NCBI GenBank assembly: GCA_963712115.1
Contig: CAVQGX010000043.1
Location: 64,001 to 128,000 of the forward strand
Direction: 5' to 3'
From: an uncultured delta proteobacterium
GTDB taxonomy: Bacteria > Desulfobacterota > Syntrophobacteria > BM002
DNA: 64,000 nucleotides
Shown here one piece after another: positions 29,041 through 39,703 of the stretch. Both the position numbers and the translations under genes were made by a program. The notes under the pieces are model-generated. The model ran no database searches, was not told the origin of the DNA, and saw nothing but the letters and a program-made list of their open reading frames with translations. Position 1 is the stretch's first letter, and every line of letters starts with the position of its first letter.

Positions 29041-31047
29041 TTGTTTAAAGCTTCGAGAGTTTATCTCGTGATAACAAATGATTATACAGATAGCGTGGGT
29101 AACCCATTGAGGGGCAGAGCCAGCCTTGTTATCAGGCACATTGCGAAGGCCATGGGGTTAGGCGAACATAGGGTTTACTACGGTCTGGTCATGGCCTTCG
29201 GCCTCCTGTTCGTCCTTCCCAGCCTGGGTTTTATCAATTTTGCCTTCAAGTATGACTTTTTCGCCGACCGAGACATAACTTACTACTTTCTCTCCATCCT
29301 CATCTTTTCCTATCTGGGGTTTTTCATACTTCGCTCGCATGCAGATAGAATCCGTAGCATTTCCGAAAACTTGGAACTGTCGCTACCAGAGGTTCAGCAA
29401 GACTCCAGCAAAAAGCAGACGAGCGAGCTAAATCGGATTGTCTTTTCCTTTCATCAGTTGATCGAGAGATTGGAGAAAAACAATCAAGCGCTTGAATCAC
29501 GTGCATGGCAGCTTCGCTCCTTTGGAGAAGTAATGCAGCTTAGTCCGGCCACCCCGAATACCACTGGTCTATTGAAGTTGGGTTTGCAGAAGGCCTGCGA
29601 AGGAGTTGGTGCCGGACGGGGTTGGGTATTATTGCTGGACGAAAGCCGTCGACACCACTTCAAAGTTGCCTGTGAGGTGGATACAAACGGTGGCCGCCAG
29701 AGCCGAGAGGGGTTCAAAATTGCTTTCAGCGATACTAAGGCAAAAGATGCTGTGATCCAGCGAAGCCCGAGATTCCTTAGTGCGCCTTTCTGGCAGGAAG
29801 AGGTGAATGAGCCAGATGACCAGATGGTGGATGACAAGGGAATCGCGCTTGTTGTGCCTCTCATAACGGGTAGAGACGTGTTTGGTGTCATGTGTCTCGA
29901 GGATAAGCAAGGAAGCCTATCTTTTTCGCCCGCAGATCTCGACTATGTCCTGCCGTTGGCCGCTTTTCTCTCCTACCGTTACGAAAATATTAAGCTTAGG
30001 AAGCTAATCGCCACCCAGTCCAGTCAATACAATTGCCTCGCCGCCTTCAACAATATTTGCAATAAGGGGCTGGTGCAGGGAAAAGTGTTTCAGCTGTTAA
30101 TCAAAGAACTACAAAATTTTGTACCGGTAACTGTGTCCTTTCTAGCTCTTTTTGAAAACGCTCAAGAACAATTGAAACTATTGGAAGTGGCCTCTAAGGA
30201 ACCAATTTCACTTCGCCGAGGTATGGCTTTGCCTCTCAACCAGAGTCTCTTGAGGTTGGTGCTGGAGGAAAACAGGGAAATCTATCGAGAGGACGTCACC
30301 GGGAAAGTTCACCCTCTGGAAGCACGCTGGTTCCGAGAATTAGGTATCAACTCATGTTACCTGGCTCCCTTCCGTATTCAAGGTGTCAATGCTGGAATTC
30401 TGTTCGTCGGAAGCGATACAAAAAGAGGTTTTTCCGATCCTCAGCGAGTCATCTTGAAGCAAGCATGCGATTATCTAGGATTGGCCGTGCACAATCAGAT
30501 GCTCTTGCAGCAGAGAGATGAGCAAGGTCGGGAACTTGAAGCTTTCAACAGAATAGGAAATGTAGTGACTTCATCTCTATTTGATTTGGACGACGTTTTG
30601 GATAAGGTTGGAACCCTGATTGGCCAAATGATAACGGTTGAGGCTGGCGCCATTTATCTTCAGGAGAAGGACGGTCTAGCTGTCAAAAAAAGCTTTGGAA
30701 CCAAGGGAGACAGAATTGAGCCATTTCGGATGAAAAGGATCGAAGGAATATGCGGTTATGTGATGTCTCGGGGAGAATCTGTGCTCGTGCGAGATGCCTC
30801 ACAAAACCCTCACCTGTCCTCAATGGTCAGAGATTTCGGTGGAACAAAAGCACGTTCAATTTTATGTGTGCCTATGGTGGTTGGTGGAGAGGTGATAGGT
30901 GCAATTCATATGTGGAACAAGGAACAGGGCCCATTTACTGCTCATGATAATAAACTAATTAAATCAGTGGCCGCCAGCCTAGCAACAGCTGTTGCAGGTG
31001 CTAGGTTCCGCCAGATCTGCCACGATTTTACCATAAATGAGGTTTAG
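29041..31047 (+). CDS. Membrane protein with two TM helices and three GAF-like domains, no output domain (true start may be ~29152)
   Basis: Two N-terminal hydrophobic segments; GAF ends VVPLITGRDVFGVMCL..F, LAPFRIQGVNAGILFV..F and SILCVPMVVGGEVIGAI..NK..PFT. Confidence 0.8.
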   Translation: MFKASRVYLVITNDYTDSVGNPLRGRASLVIRHIAKAMGLGEHRVYYGLVMAFGLLFVLPSLGFINFAFKYDFFADRDITYYFLSILIFSYLGFFILRSHADRIRSISENLELSLPEVQQDSSKKQTSELNRIVFSFHQLIERLEKNNQALESRAWQLRSFGEVMQLSPATPNTTGLLKLGLQKACEGVGAGRGWVLLLDESRRHHFKVACEVDTNGGRQSREGFKIAFSDTKAKDAVIQRSPRFLSAPFWQEEVNEPDDQMVDDKGIALVVPLITGRDVFGVMCLEDKQGSLSFSPADLDYVLPLAAFLSYRYENIKLRKLIATQSSQYNCLAAFNNICNKGLVQGKVFQLLIKELQNFVPVTVSFLALFENAQEQLKLLEVASKEPISLRRGMALPLNQSLLRLVLEENREIYREDVTGKVHPLEARWFRELGINSCYLAPFRIQGVNAGILFVGSDTKRGFSDPQRVILKQACDYLGLAVHNQMLLQQRDEQGRELEAFNRIGNVVTSSLFDLDDVLDKVGTLIGQMITVEAGAIYLQEKDGLAVKKSFGTKGDRIEPFRMKRIEGICGYVMSRGESVLVRDASQNPHLSSMVRDFGGTKARSILCVPMVVGGEVIGAIHMWNKEQGPFTAHDNKLIKSVAASLATAVAGARFRQICHDFTINEV

Positions 31048-31129
31048 ACTTCGATAATAGTCCAGGTTTAATTCCTAGGATGTTTGGCAGTGTTTGAGTG
31101 ATGATAACCTGATGATTGGGAGGACCCCC

Positions 31130-31570
31130 ATGCAGAACTCCAACCTTGAATCACCTCGAGCTCACATTTTGCTTGTCGAACGGAATCGGGGTGCTCTTGA
31201 GCTCCTTGAAACAATGCTTTGTTGGAAGGGTTATCGGGTGACCACAGCCGTAGATGGTCTTGACGGTTTGGAGAAATTCCGTCTTGGACATTTCAACCTC
31301 ATTCTCACCAATCTTTCTACTTCAAGAATATCAGGCTGGGAGTTAGGCCGTATAGTCAAGAGCAGCCCATCTTCAGTGCCTGTGGCCCTGATTACCGGTC
31401 TGGATTTCGGCACCAGACCAGACCACTCCCCCTTCGATGCCATTATCCCCGAGCCCTTTCCCTTTGATGAATTAGAGTTTATGGTTAATTCGCTGATTGA
31501 ATGTCGGAATGGAGGAGCTGCACCGGCAAACTCAGCAAAGAGCGTGCCGCTGGAGGAAGGCAGATTATGA
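31130..31570 (+). CDS. Single-domain pseudo-receiver (CheY-like)
   Basis: HILLVERN, TAVDGLDGL, LILTNL..ISGWEL, VPVALITG and PEPF; RBS GGAGG. Confidence 0.75.
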   Translation: MQNSNLESPRAHILLVERNRGALELLETMLCWKGYRVTTAVDGLDGLEKFRLGHFNLILTNLSTSRISGWELGRIVKSSPSSVPVALITGLDFGTRPDHSPFDAIIPEPFPFDELEFMVNSLIECRNGGAAPANSAKSVPLEEGRL

Positions 31571-32368
31571 TTGCTCCTTTGCGCGGTTATTCAGATATGA
31601 GATGAGCGATTTCTCAACTTCCTTTATTTCCTTTAGCGCAGGCAGATTACTGCAAAGCCTCTCAACATAATGTCTTTCTAGTACCTCACGGCATGAGATC
31701 GAAAAGTTGAGGTCAAATACCCATCCAAGGCGTAACAATATCATGTCGTTTCGGTTTTGCACTGAGCTAAAGTCCGGGATCTTTCTCTCCATAAGTTCAG
31801 TCACTATTCCACGGTTGAAAGAATTGCTAGTAGGTATGACACCCTCTAGGGTTTCCAATAGGTTACCATGTCCTTCCAGTTCGGTGATGACCACGCGCCA
31901 TATGTCCAGCTTGTCTGCATCCCGGAGGAGTCGGGAAAAAAAATCCTGCCTTTGGGAGAGATTCAGAGGTAGTTTTCGCACATTGTGATGGCGAATTGCT
32001 ATTTGGATCAGCTCCCGATCCTCTGCCTTTAGACCCATTAAGATCTCGTGTTGAGAGATTACCTCAAGACCTAGTAGAGCGTGATCCTCAGATGCACTAT
32101 CATTGAAAGTGGAATAATTCTTCCACTGAGGAAAGCGGCCGATATCGTGAAATAGAGCAGCTGTCTCAGCCAGTAGTAAATCCTTATCCCTCATACCTGA
32201 CTCTCGACCTAAAAAAACTATTTCTTTGCAGGTGCGTTTAGTATGCTGCTCTTTCAGGAGGATAGGCTTCAGCCCATCTCCCTGCAATTCATAGTAGAGG
32301 GCAACGTATTGCTTGAACCAGTCTTTGAAGTAATCCAGCTCTGTTTGTTGCATGATGATGGAATCCAA
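31565..32368 (-). CDS. HD domain phosphohydrolase
   Basis: KEQHT, LFHDIGRF, DHALLG, RHHN and RDADKLD. Confidence 0.88.
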   Translation of the reverse strand: MDSIIMQQTELDYFKDWFKQYVALYYELQGDGLKPILLKEQHTKRTCKEIVFLGRESGMRDKDLLLAETAALFHDIGRFPQWKNYSTFNDSASEDHALLGLEVISQHEILMGLKAEDRELIQIAIRHHNVRKLPLNLSQRQDFFSRLLRDADKLDIWRVVITELEGHGNLLETLEGVIPTSNSFNRGIVTELMERKIPDFSSVQNRNDMILLRLGWVFDLNFSISCREVLERHYVERLCSNLPALKEIKEVEKSLISYLNNRAKEQS

Positions 32369-32736
32369 AAAGCCCCTAAATCTCCCTTTTATCCTCCCCC
32401 ACCCCCCGGAAGCGGGGTCTTTGCCACAGGAGGGAAAAGGAGTTGGCTGACAAACTCCAAAAGGGGCTTGCTGCTAATGTCATGGCCTGGGACCGTCCGA
32501 TTATATTTACACTTGGACAGTATCTTAATAGTATAAAGAATTCAGTAGCTAGATGCCAGTAGTCAAAGAGCATATTAATTTGGCGAGACGTGCGAGACGG
32601 GGATATTCAGCTGGCAGCGGTCAGCTCGCAGCCAGCAGGAATGATTTTATAGACAAGATATCTTTCTCCTGCCCGCTGTCTGCTGCAAGCTGGATGATGC
32701 ACCATGCTCCATGCCCATTTTTCTGAAGGGGATTAT

Positions 32737-33666
32737 ATGACAGAGTCATTGCTGAATGCCAAATATTTGGGAGGTATGGTGGGTAGCGCTATCGGCGATG
32801 CCATGGGCGAGCTTGCTTTTCAGTATCCAGATAGAAATATGCTAATTGGCGCGGCAGAGAGAATGGCGGAACTGCGCTACACGGATGATACTGCCATGGC
32901 AATCGGCTTGGCCACGTCCCTCGTCAATAAAGGGCACGTAGAGGGGCACCACCTGGGTGAAACCTTTCACCGCAATTTTGAAAAGGAACCATGGAGAGGA
33001 TATGCAACAGGACCTCCAACAATATTTTCTCTGGTCCGTTCCAAGGAAATCACCTACGTGGATGCAGCCCAGATGTTGTTCGGCGGCAGTGGCTCTTTTG
33101 GTAATGGGGCTGCCATGCGCATTGTTCCCTTGGGTCTTCTCTTTCACAATTCCCGGCAGATTTATGAATTCGCCTGTAAATCGGCTGAGGTCACCCATGG
33201 GCATCCAATTGGAAAAGATGGGGCGGCAGTGCAGGCTTTGGCTGTGGCACAAGCTGTGAGGCTTGACTCGACAGAGGCATTTCGTCCAGAAGATTTTGTT
33301 CGTTACCTGATAGACTTTGCGCGTACCAGTGAGATAAGGGAAAAGCTCGAGCTCCTGAAAGAGCTGCTAAATGAGGATGTCCCTCCACCGATTGTGGCTA
33401 AACAACTAGGCCAGAGTGTTGCCGTGCATGAGTCGCTGCCTTTCGCCATTTATTCCTTCCTTCGATTTCCAAGTTCCTTCGAGGACTGCCTTTATTGTGC
33501 TATTATGCATGGCGGCGATCGAGACACCCTGGGTGCTATGGCTGGAGCTATATCAGGAGCTTATCTGGGGTTTGAGGCAATTCCGCTGTTGTGGCGTACC
33601 AAGCTGGAAAATCGAGAGAAAATAGAAAGGTTGGCGCTGGAGTTAGCCAGGAAAACACTCAGCTAG
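32737..33666 (+). CDS. ADP-ribosylglycohydrolase family protein
   Basis: AIGDAMG, YTDDTAM, GNGAAMR and GGDRDTLGAMAGAISGA. Confidence 0.92.
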   Translation: MTESLLNAKYLGGMVGSAIGDAMGELAFQYPDRNMLIGAAERMAELRYTDDTAMAIGLATSLVNKGHVEGHHLGETFHRNFEKEPWRGYATGPPTIFSLVRSKEITYVDAAQMLFGGSGSFGNGAAMRIVPLGLLFHNSRQIYEFACKSAEVTHGHPIGKDGAAVQALAVAQAVRLDSTEAFRPEDFVRYLIDFARTSEIREKLELLKELLNEDVPPPIVAKQLGQSVAVHESLPFAIYSFLRFPSSFEDCLYCAIMHGGDRDTLGAMAGAISGAYLGFEAIPLLWRTKLENREKIERLALELARKTLS

Positions 33667-33760
33667 ACAGGCGAGAAAAGCGAGAAATGATATCAAGCTT
33701 GGAGACATTAGTGCCTTTCTCGGGTTAAAGGCTATGTGATGATAACTTTAGGAGTTTATT

Positions 33761-34825
33761 ATGACTGAGTTGAAAAGCCAGGGAGAACCAACTGTTCTCG
33801 TTCAACGACATGGTCGCATGGTGAGTATAATTCTTAACCGTCCAAGGGTTCTAAACAGTCTTAATTTAGAGATGATTCGCTTGATCGACAAGGTCTTGGA
33901 CGAGGCTGAGGCAGATAAGCACTGCCAGTTTATTTTGTTCTATGGGGCCGGAGAGAGGGGGTTTTGCGCCGGGGGAGATATAAAGGCAATTGCCCGGGCT
34001 GTGCAGGAGAAAAGCACGCCGTCGGCTGAACAGATCCTGGAAGAGGAATACGATTTGTGCCTGAGGATTCATCGTTTTGCAAAACCCATAATCGTCTTGG
34101 CAGATGGCATTATTATGGGTGCAGGACTGGGGTTGGCCGCTGCGGCTGATCTGTTGGTGGCAACAGAGAAAACCCGCATGGCCATGCCGGAGACCAGAAT
34201 CGGTTTTTTCCCGGACGTGGGAGCAACAGGATGGATGTTCAGCAAATGCCCTAAAGGTTATCCGGAGTATCTGGGGCTTACCGGATACGAAATGGTTGGC
34301 GCGGAGGCAGTGCGCGTGGGCTTTGCCAGCCACTTGGTGAGATCCGAAAGGTTGCCAGAACTGGTGAGTGCACTTGAAAGATATTCCGGAAGCCTCTCCC
34401 AGACTAGATCGCATGGGGCGGAAGCTCTACTTGCAGAGTTAGATCATTTCTTCGACAAAAATATTCCTAGTAATCCGGACATGGACCAGTGGGTAGCGGC
34501 TTACTTTGCTGGTAAAAGTTCAATGGTAGAAATTATGGAATCGCTTCGCCAGTGTACCATTGAGGCCCAGTTATGCGACGGGGTTTTCACCAGGCTAGCC
34601 GAGCGCTCTCCGACGGCAGTGGTGCTCACTCTAAAGCTTCTGCGACACAATGAGATTCAACCTCTAGAGGAAGTTTTTCGAGCCGATCTCAAGGTTGCCC
34701 GTTTCATTTTGGCACATCCCGACTACGTGGAGGGTGTGCGGGCTCGCCTCGTGGACAAAGATGATAACCCTCAGTGGCAACCCGCTAACATTGAAGAAGT
34801 GGGTGATTTGGACATAGACCTCTAG
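33761..34825 (+). CDS. 3-hydroxyisobutyryl-CoA hydrolase-like (crotonase family)
   Basis: LNRPRVLNSL, FCAGGDI, AMPETRIGFFPDVG and EGVRARLVDKD..PQW. Confidence 0.88.
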   Translation: MTELKSQGEPTVLVQRHGRMVSIILNRPRVLNSLNLEMIRLIDKVLDEAEADKHCQFILFYGAGERGFCAGGDIKAIARAVQEKSTPSAEQILEEEYDLCLRIHRFAKPIIVLADGIIMGAGLGLAAAADLLVATEKTRMAMPETRIGFFPDVGATGWMFSKCPKGYPEYLGLTGYEMVGAEAVRVGFASHLVRSERLPELVSALERYSGSLSQTRSHGAEALLAELDHFFDKNIPSNPDMDQWVAAYFAGKSSMVEIMESLRQCTIEAQLCDGVFTRLAERSPTAVVLTLKLLRHNEIQPLEEVFRADLKVARFILAHPDYVEGVRARLVDKDDNPQWQPANIEEVGDLDIDL

Positions 34826-34905
34826 ACCCACAGCCGAATGATCGAGCTGGATAGTGCCAGGATGTGTGATAAGGGATATAGGTTGTTCGGGAGACAGGAG
34901 TCTGA

Positions 34906-36114
34906 ATGACAGAACAAGCCTTAATGCTAGGAGTAAACTATTGGCCACAAAAAACGGCCATGTTTATGTGGCGAGAGTTCGACAAAGCCGTCATGGACCA
35001 AGATGTGGAGATAATTAGCGGACTGGGTCTTTCCTTTATAAGGATTTACCTTCTTTGGGAGGATTTCCAGCCAACCCCTAAAACCGTTCCTGCCATTATG
35101 TTGGACCGGCTGGTGGAATTGTTGGAGACGGCGGATGAGAAGAATATCAAGGTAGTAGTGACCCTTTTCGCTGGACACATTTGTGGTTTGAACTGGCTCC
35201 CCCCGTGGATGCTTCTGGCTTCTGCTGATCGGAATCAATCTCAGGTATTTTCTTTGGGCAAAGTTCGTTTCAATGGAATAAGGAATCCTTACGCTGAACC
35301 CGACATCATGGAAAGCCAAATTTATTTCCTCGGAGAGCTGGAAAACGCTGTATCTGGGCACCCTGCCCTTTTCGGTTGGGATTTGGGCAATGAACCTTCA
35401 CGGTGGTCTTTTTCTGCCGACAACTTTGCAGTTGAAATTTGGCTGCAAGCGATGACTGAAACACTGAAAAAAAAGGACGATAGGGTGCTACTGACCTTAA
35501 ATTTGCATGTTAGCGATCTCGGGCGAAGTAAAGGTCTCACACCAAGTCTGGTAGCTAAATACTTGGATTATTTATCTATTAGCGGTCATCCGCAGGGTGT
35601 TCCCTGGGCTGAGGATCCTTTTTCTCCTGCTCTTCCTTGCTTTCTGGGTACTGTGGCCGGCTGGCTGGGAAAATTTCCGGTGATGATCCAAGAATTCGGA
35701 TTAGCCACTAAGAGCATTTTGCCCGGACCCCGGGATTCTGACCAGGGAAGCAAGGGTGATCAGCTGTTGGTCAGTGAGGAAGATGCTGCTATGTACGCAA
35801 CGGATGTCATATTGCACCTGCGAAGATTGCACTTGATGGGTGCATTCTGGAAGTCGTACGGAGACTACCATCCATCCATTTGGGAGTGGCCGCCCTTGAA
35901 CAACCATACAACCGAGCGCTTCTCCGGCCTAGTCCGGTATGACGGCACCCCCAAGGTTGCTGCTTCAGTGTTTAAGTCTGAGCCCAGCGGATTAGAGAAG
36001 GAAGGGATCTCTTCAAAATGGACCGATTTGTCCCAAGAAGAATACTACCGAGACCCAGATCAGCACTTGAGAAGGCTCTATGGACGTTTTCTGGACTATT
36101 ATTCTTTCCCATAG
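34906..36114 (+). CDS. Clan GH-A glycoside hydrolase (GH5-like), no signal peptide
   Basis: GVNYWP, WEDFQP, WDLGNEP (acid/base) and QEFG (nucleophile). Confidence 0.8.
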   Translation: MTEQALMLGVNYWPQKTAMFMWREFDKAVMDQDVEIISGLGLSFIRIYLLWEDFQPTPKTVPAIMLDRLVELLETADEKNIKVVVTLFAGHICGLNWLPPWMLLASADRNQSQVFSLGKVRFNGIRNPYAEPDIMESQIYFLGELENAVSGHPALFGWDLGNEPSRWSFSADNFAVEIWLQAMTETLKKKDDRVLLTLNLHVSDLGRSKGLTPSLVAKYLDYLSISGHPQGVPWAEDPFSPALPCFLGTVAGWLGKFPVMIQEFGLATKSILPGPRDSDQGSKGDQLLVSEEDAAMYATDVILHLRRLHLMGAFWKSYGDYHPSIWEWPPLNNHTTERFSGLVRYDGTPKVAASVFKSEPSGLEKEGISSKWTDLSQEEYYRDPDQHLRRLYGRFLDYYSFP

Positions 36115-36304
36115 CGCAAAGGTCAATGGCTTGAGGAGCAAGGCCAGTTGATCGAATTCAGCAGCCAGTATTCAGAAGCCAGGAGATTCTGAATTCTTTC
36201 TCCTTTACCCTGCGCCTTCAGCCTTGTGCCTGATAATTTTATGGTGGGCATTGCCCAGCAAGAGTGGCATTTTGTATAAATCTATCGACTGAGAGAATAG
36301 GTGG

Positions 36305-37246
36305 ATGATGAAAAAATGTCTTGTAACTGGCGGGGCGGGATTCATCGGCTCAAATCTGGTCGAGAATTTAGTCGGTGCATCCGCTCAGGTTAAGGTTCTG
36401 GACAACCTGAGTTCGGGGTTGTTGCAGAATCTAGAACCATTCCGGAAATATATTGAATTCAAACAAGGAGACGTGAGGGATCTAGGCACTTTGCAGGAAA
36501 TGATGTCTGGCGTTGAGGTGGTTTTTCACCAGGCTGCCCTGGTATCAGTTCCTCAATCTATCGAAGATCCCATTGAGGCGGCCATGGTAAATGATCTTGG
36601 CACGCTCAATGTTCTGGAAGCTGCCCGTCATAGTGGGGTTAAAAGGGTAGTATTTGCTAGTTCGTGCGCTGTTTACGGCGATCTACCCCAACTGCCCAAA
36701 AAGGAAGAGATGGACACCAAGCCGTTGAGCCCTTACGCAGCCAGCAAATTACACGGAGAGACCTATGCCAGACTGTATAGAAATTTGTATGGACTCGAGA
36801 CTGTCTGCCTTCGATATTTCAACGTTTACGGCCCCAGGCAAGATCCCAGCTCCCCCTATTCGGGGGTAATATCCATTTTCATGGACAAGGCTGCTAGAGG
36901 CAAACCGCCCACCATCTACGGAGATGGGGAACAGTGCCGGGATTTTGTCTATGTGGCCGATGTTGTTCAGGCCAATCTGCTGGCTGCTCAACGAGAGAAC
37001 ATCTCCTCCGTACTTATCAACGTGGGCACTGGCAAATCAGTGACGGTGAACAGTCTTTGGAAAAATATCGCTGAGCTTGCAGGTGTGCAAGATGAGCCAG
37101 AGAGAGCTAATTTTCGTCCCGGAGACATTCGGCAGTCGGTTGCCGAGATCTCCCGGGCCTACGAGCTGTTGGACTTCGAGCCTCGTTACAGTCTCGAGGA
37201 GGGACTAAAACTCACCTGGGATTGGTACCGGAAGCGCATAGGGTAA
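36305..37246 (+). CDS. NAD-dependent UDP-sugar 4-epimerase (extended SDR)
   Basis: TGGAGFIGS, YAASK, RYFNVYGPRQ and GDGEQCRDFVYV. Confidence 0.92.
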   Translation: MMKKCLVTGGAGFIGSNLVENLVGASAQVKVLDNLSSGLLQNLEPFRKYIEFKQGDVRDLGTLQEMMSGVEVVFHQAALVSVPQSIEDPIEAAMVNDLGTLNVLEAARHSGVKRVVFASSCAVYGDLPQLPKKEEMDTKPLSPYAASKLHGETYARLYRNLYGLETVCLRYFNVYGPRQDPSSPYSGVISIFMDKAARGKPPTIYGDGEQCRDFVYVADVVQANLLAAQRENISSVLINVGTGKSVTVNSLWKNIAELAGVQDEPERANFRPGDIRQSVAEISRAYELLDFEPRYSLEEGLKLTWDWYRKRIG

Positions 37247-39178
37247 TTATAGATTGTGGATTTCTATGGGTTCTACCGGTTCCGGGAGCTCGAAATCGAA
37301 AACTCTGGAATAAAAATATAATTCACTGTCCAAGGCGCGTTTAATAGTTTCAGCCCGGCGGAAACCGTGCTGTTCACCTTCAAAGGGAATATATGCCACT
37401 GGTAGGCCCTTGGATTGTAAAGCCTCTAGCATCATCTCTGCCTGATTTGGGGGGACCACCTCGTCCTCGAGTCCCTGGAACAGTATCAAGGGACAAGAGA
37501 GTAAATGGCTGTAATGTATGGGGGAACGTTGGCGATAGATGTCCAGCCTATCCGGATAGGGCCCCACGAGTCGGTCGAGGTATCTGGCCTCGAATTTGTG
37601 GGTTTCCTTAGCCAGGGCTTCGAGATCACTGATTCCATAGTAACTGGCCCCAGCTTTGAATGTATGGCGGAAGGTTAGAGCGCAGAGGGTAGTATATCCT
37701 CCGGCACTGCTGCCACGAATGGCAAGGCGCTCCCCGTCTACCCAGCCCTGCTCTACCAAAAAACGTGCGCCATTAACGCAATCGTTAACATCGACAATTC
37801 CCCATTGCCCTTCCAGCCTCTGCCGATAAGAGCGACCATAACCGCTGCTACCCCCGTAGTTTACATCCAACACAGCAAAACCCCTGCTGGTCCAGTACTG
37901 AATATCCCAAACGAGAGAGGTCGAGGTGGCAGCAGTGGGACCTCCATGAATCTTAACTAGCAGTGGTGGCAACTCGTCCGCCGGAGCTTGGTGGTCGCAG
38001 TTCTGGGGCGGATAAAAGAAAGCGTGTGAAGTTTTTCCATGTTCTGCAGGAAATTCAATGGCTTTTGGAATAGATATGTAGCCTTTGTCTACCTCGATAT
38101 CACTCGATGATCGCAGAGGGTGAAATTTCCTGCCCTCGAGATCAAATCGAATGATAGAGGCAGCTTGGGTTGGGGAGCCGGCGCAGAATACTGCTTGTTT
38201 TGAGGAGGCCCGCAGGTTCCAAATTTCGCTGAAAGGAGTTTCAATCTCCGCTAGATCGCCGAAAGCACAGTCAAGACTGGCCAGATGCCAGACCCCCTTG
38301 CTAGTATAAGTACAAATGATGCGATCTGTGGACTCGAATCCATAGGTAGACATGGAAAGCAGCCACTGCGGTCTGCCGAACTCCCAATCCCTCGGACAGA
38401 CTGGCTCTACCTGATCGTGGCGATAGCGGTACAAATTCCACCACTCGTTTCTATCGGAGACGAAATAAAGCACACCATCTGGGGACCATTCCGGCTGGAA
38501 GATGGATTCACTTATACCACCTGCCACCTTCAATCTCTCACCAATTGAGCTGTCGGATCTAATCTTTCCCACCCAGAGCTCGGTTCCATCCCAGGGGAGA
38601 TTGGGGTGATTCCAGGTAAGCCAGGCCAAAGATGAACCGTCGGGACTAATCCGAGGAGAACTATAAAAATCATTGTGGGCAACTAGAACGTGTTCTTCTT
38701 GGTTGTTGCGCATGTCTAAAGCAACTATGGTGTTAACTGGCTCTCTTGCTCTGGTGCTGTGGTCTTCCCTTACACAAATCAGCCGGTTTCGTAATTTGTC
38801 CACTGTAATGTCGCCATACCGTCTGGCTCCTGGAGAGTTTAAAGATCGTGGTTCAAGGTTTGATTTTTGCTGGTACAATCCCTGATCGGCGAAGTTGGAG
38901 AAATAAACAGTTCCATCCGAGACAACGAAGGCCCCACCCCCATATTCATGGACCCGGCTACGCACATCAAAGTGTTTTGGAGTGAGGTCTTCTATTTTGC
39001 CACTGGGACTCCACCTGACAATGACATTGCGGCCACCTTCTGCCGGCCGAGACTCGCTCCAGTAAACGTCACTGCCATCGAGAAAAATCTGTACTAGTTT
39101 TATGGTCTCGGAGACAATTAATTCTGAGGTAATGGGGGATCTCCATGATCCATAGGGCGCCACTTGCACACTACTCAT
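37247..39178 (-). CDS. S9 family (acylaminoacyl/dipeptidyl) peptidase
   Basis: [25 protein letters not shown] and EQHGF triad motifs; ATG 39178 preferred. Confidence 0.92.
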   Translation of the reverse strand: MSSVQVAPYGSWRSPITSELIVSETIKLVQIFLDGSDVYWSESRPAEGGRNVIVRWSPSGKIEDLTPKHFDVRSRVHEYGGGAFVVSDGTVYFSNFADQGLYQQKSNLEPRSLNSPGARRYGDITVDKLRNRLICVREDHSTRAREPVNTIVALDMRNNQEEHVLVAHNDFYSSPRISPDGSSLAWLTWNHPNLPWDGTELWVGKIRSDSSIGERLKVAGGISESIFQPEWSPDGVLYFVSDRNEWWNLYRYRHDQVEPVCPRDWEFGRPQWLLSMSTYGFESTDRIICTYTSKGVWHLASLDCAFGDLAEIETPFSEIWNLRASSKQAVFCAGSPTQAASIIRFDLEGRKFHPLRSSSDIEVDKGYISIPKAIEFPAEHGKTSHAFFYPPQNCDHQAPADELPPLLVKIHGGPTAATSTSLVWDIQYWTSRGFAVLDVNYGGSSGYGRSYRQRLEGQWGIVDVNDCVNGARFLVEQGWVDGERLAIRGSSAGGYTTLCALTFRHTFKAGASYYGISDLEALAKETHKFEARYLDRLVGPYPDRLDIYRQRSPIHYSHLLSCPLILFQGLEDEVVPPNQAEMMLEALQSKGLPVAYIPFEGEQHGFRRAETIKRALDSELYFYSRVFDFELPEPVEPIEIHNL

Positions 39179-39261
39179 CCTAGACTTCCTCTTAAGCAGT
39201 GTAAATAACACACTGATATAACATTAATATTAATATTACTCTTTATAATTTACATTAATTC

Positions 39262-39703
39262 CTACTTAATTCCCAAATTCTTCTTGGCTTGCTGGATGTC
39301 GCCTTGATTGAAAAACTCCGGATAGTAATCCAGGGCAATTCTCTCCAAGCTCAGTCCACCCTCCCTGTCCAATTTTGTGGCAACTTCCTCATTTCCAACT
39401 CGGAGTCCGCCATTGAACAAAAGGGATGACTCTCAGGTAATTACCTTCAAATTCTCTCCATTTTCCAATTCTCTTTGCTTCGGCTGAGCCGATTATCCTC
39501 TCAGTGTCCTCCTCGCATTTATAGAGTAGTTCCTCCAGAGTCGGCTTGCTCCCCGTAAGGTGGTTTTGTTGCTTGTCCACATATTCGCCCAGGGATTTCA
39601 AGATAAGCTCTCTCAAGGTTATTCCCTCAAGTGCCGCAGTGGCTTTCGCCTTTCGGTGCAACTCCCGTGGAAAGGGTCTTATAGTGTAGGCCGAGTCTGC
39701 CAT
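39262..39703 (-). CDS. Ribbon-helix-helix-like protein, probably with a +1 frameshift at ~39419-39425
   Basis: YTIRPFPRELHRKAKATAALEGITLRELIL (RHH pattern), RBS GGGAGG; ORF stops at 39389 but the next frame continues LLFNGG...LSLERIALDYYPEFF...AKKNLGIK to 39262. Confidence 0.6.
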
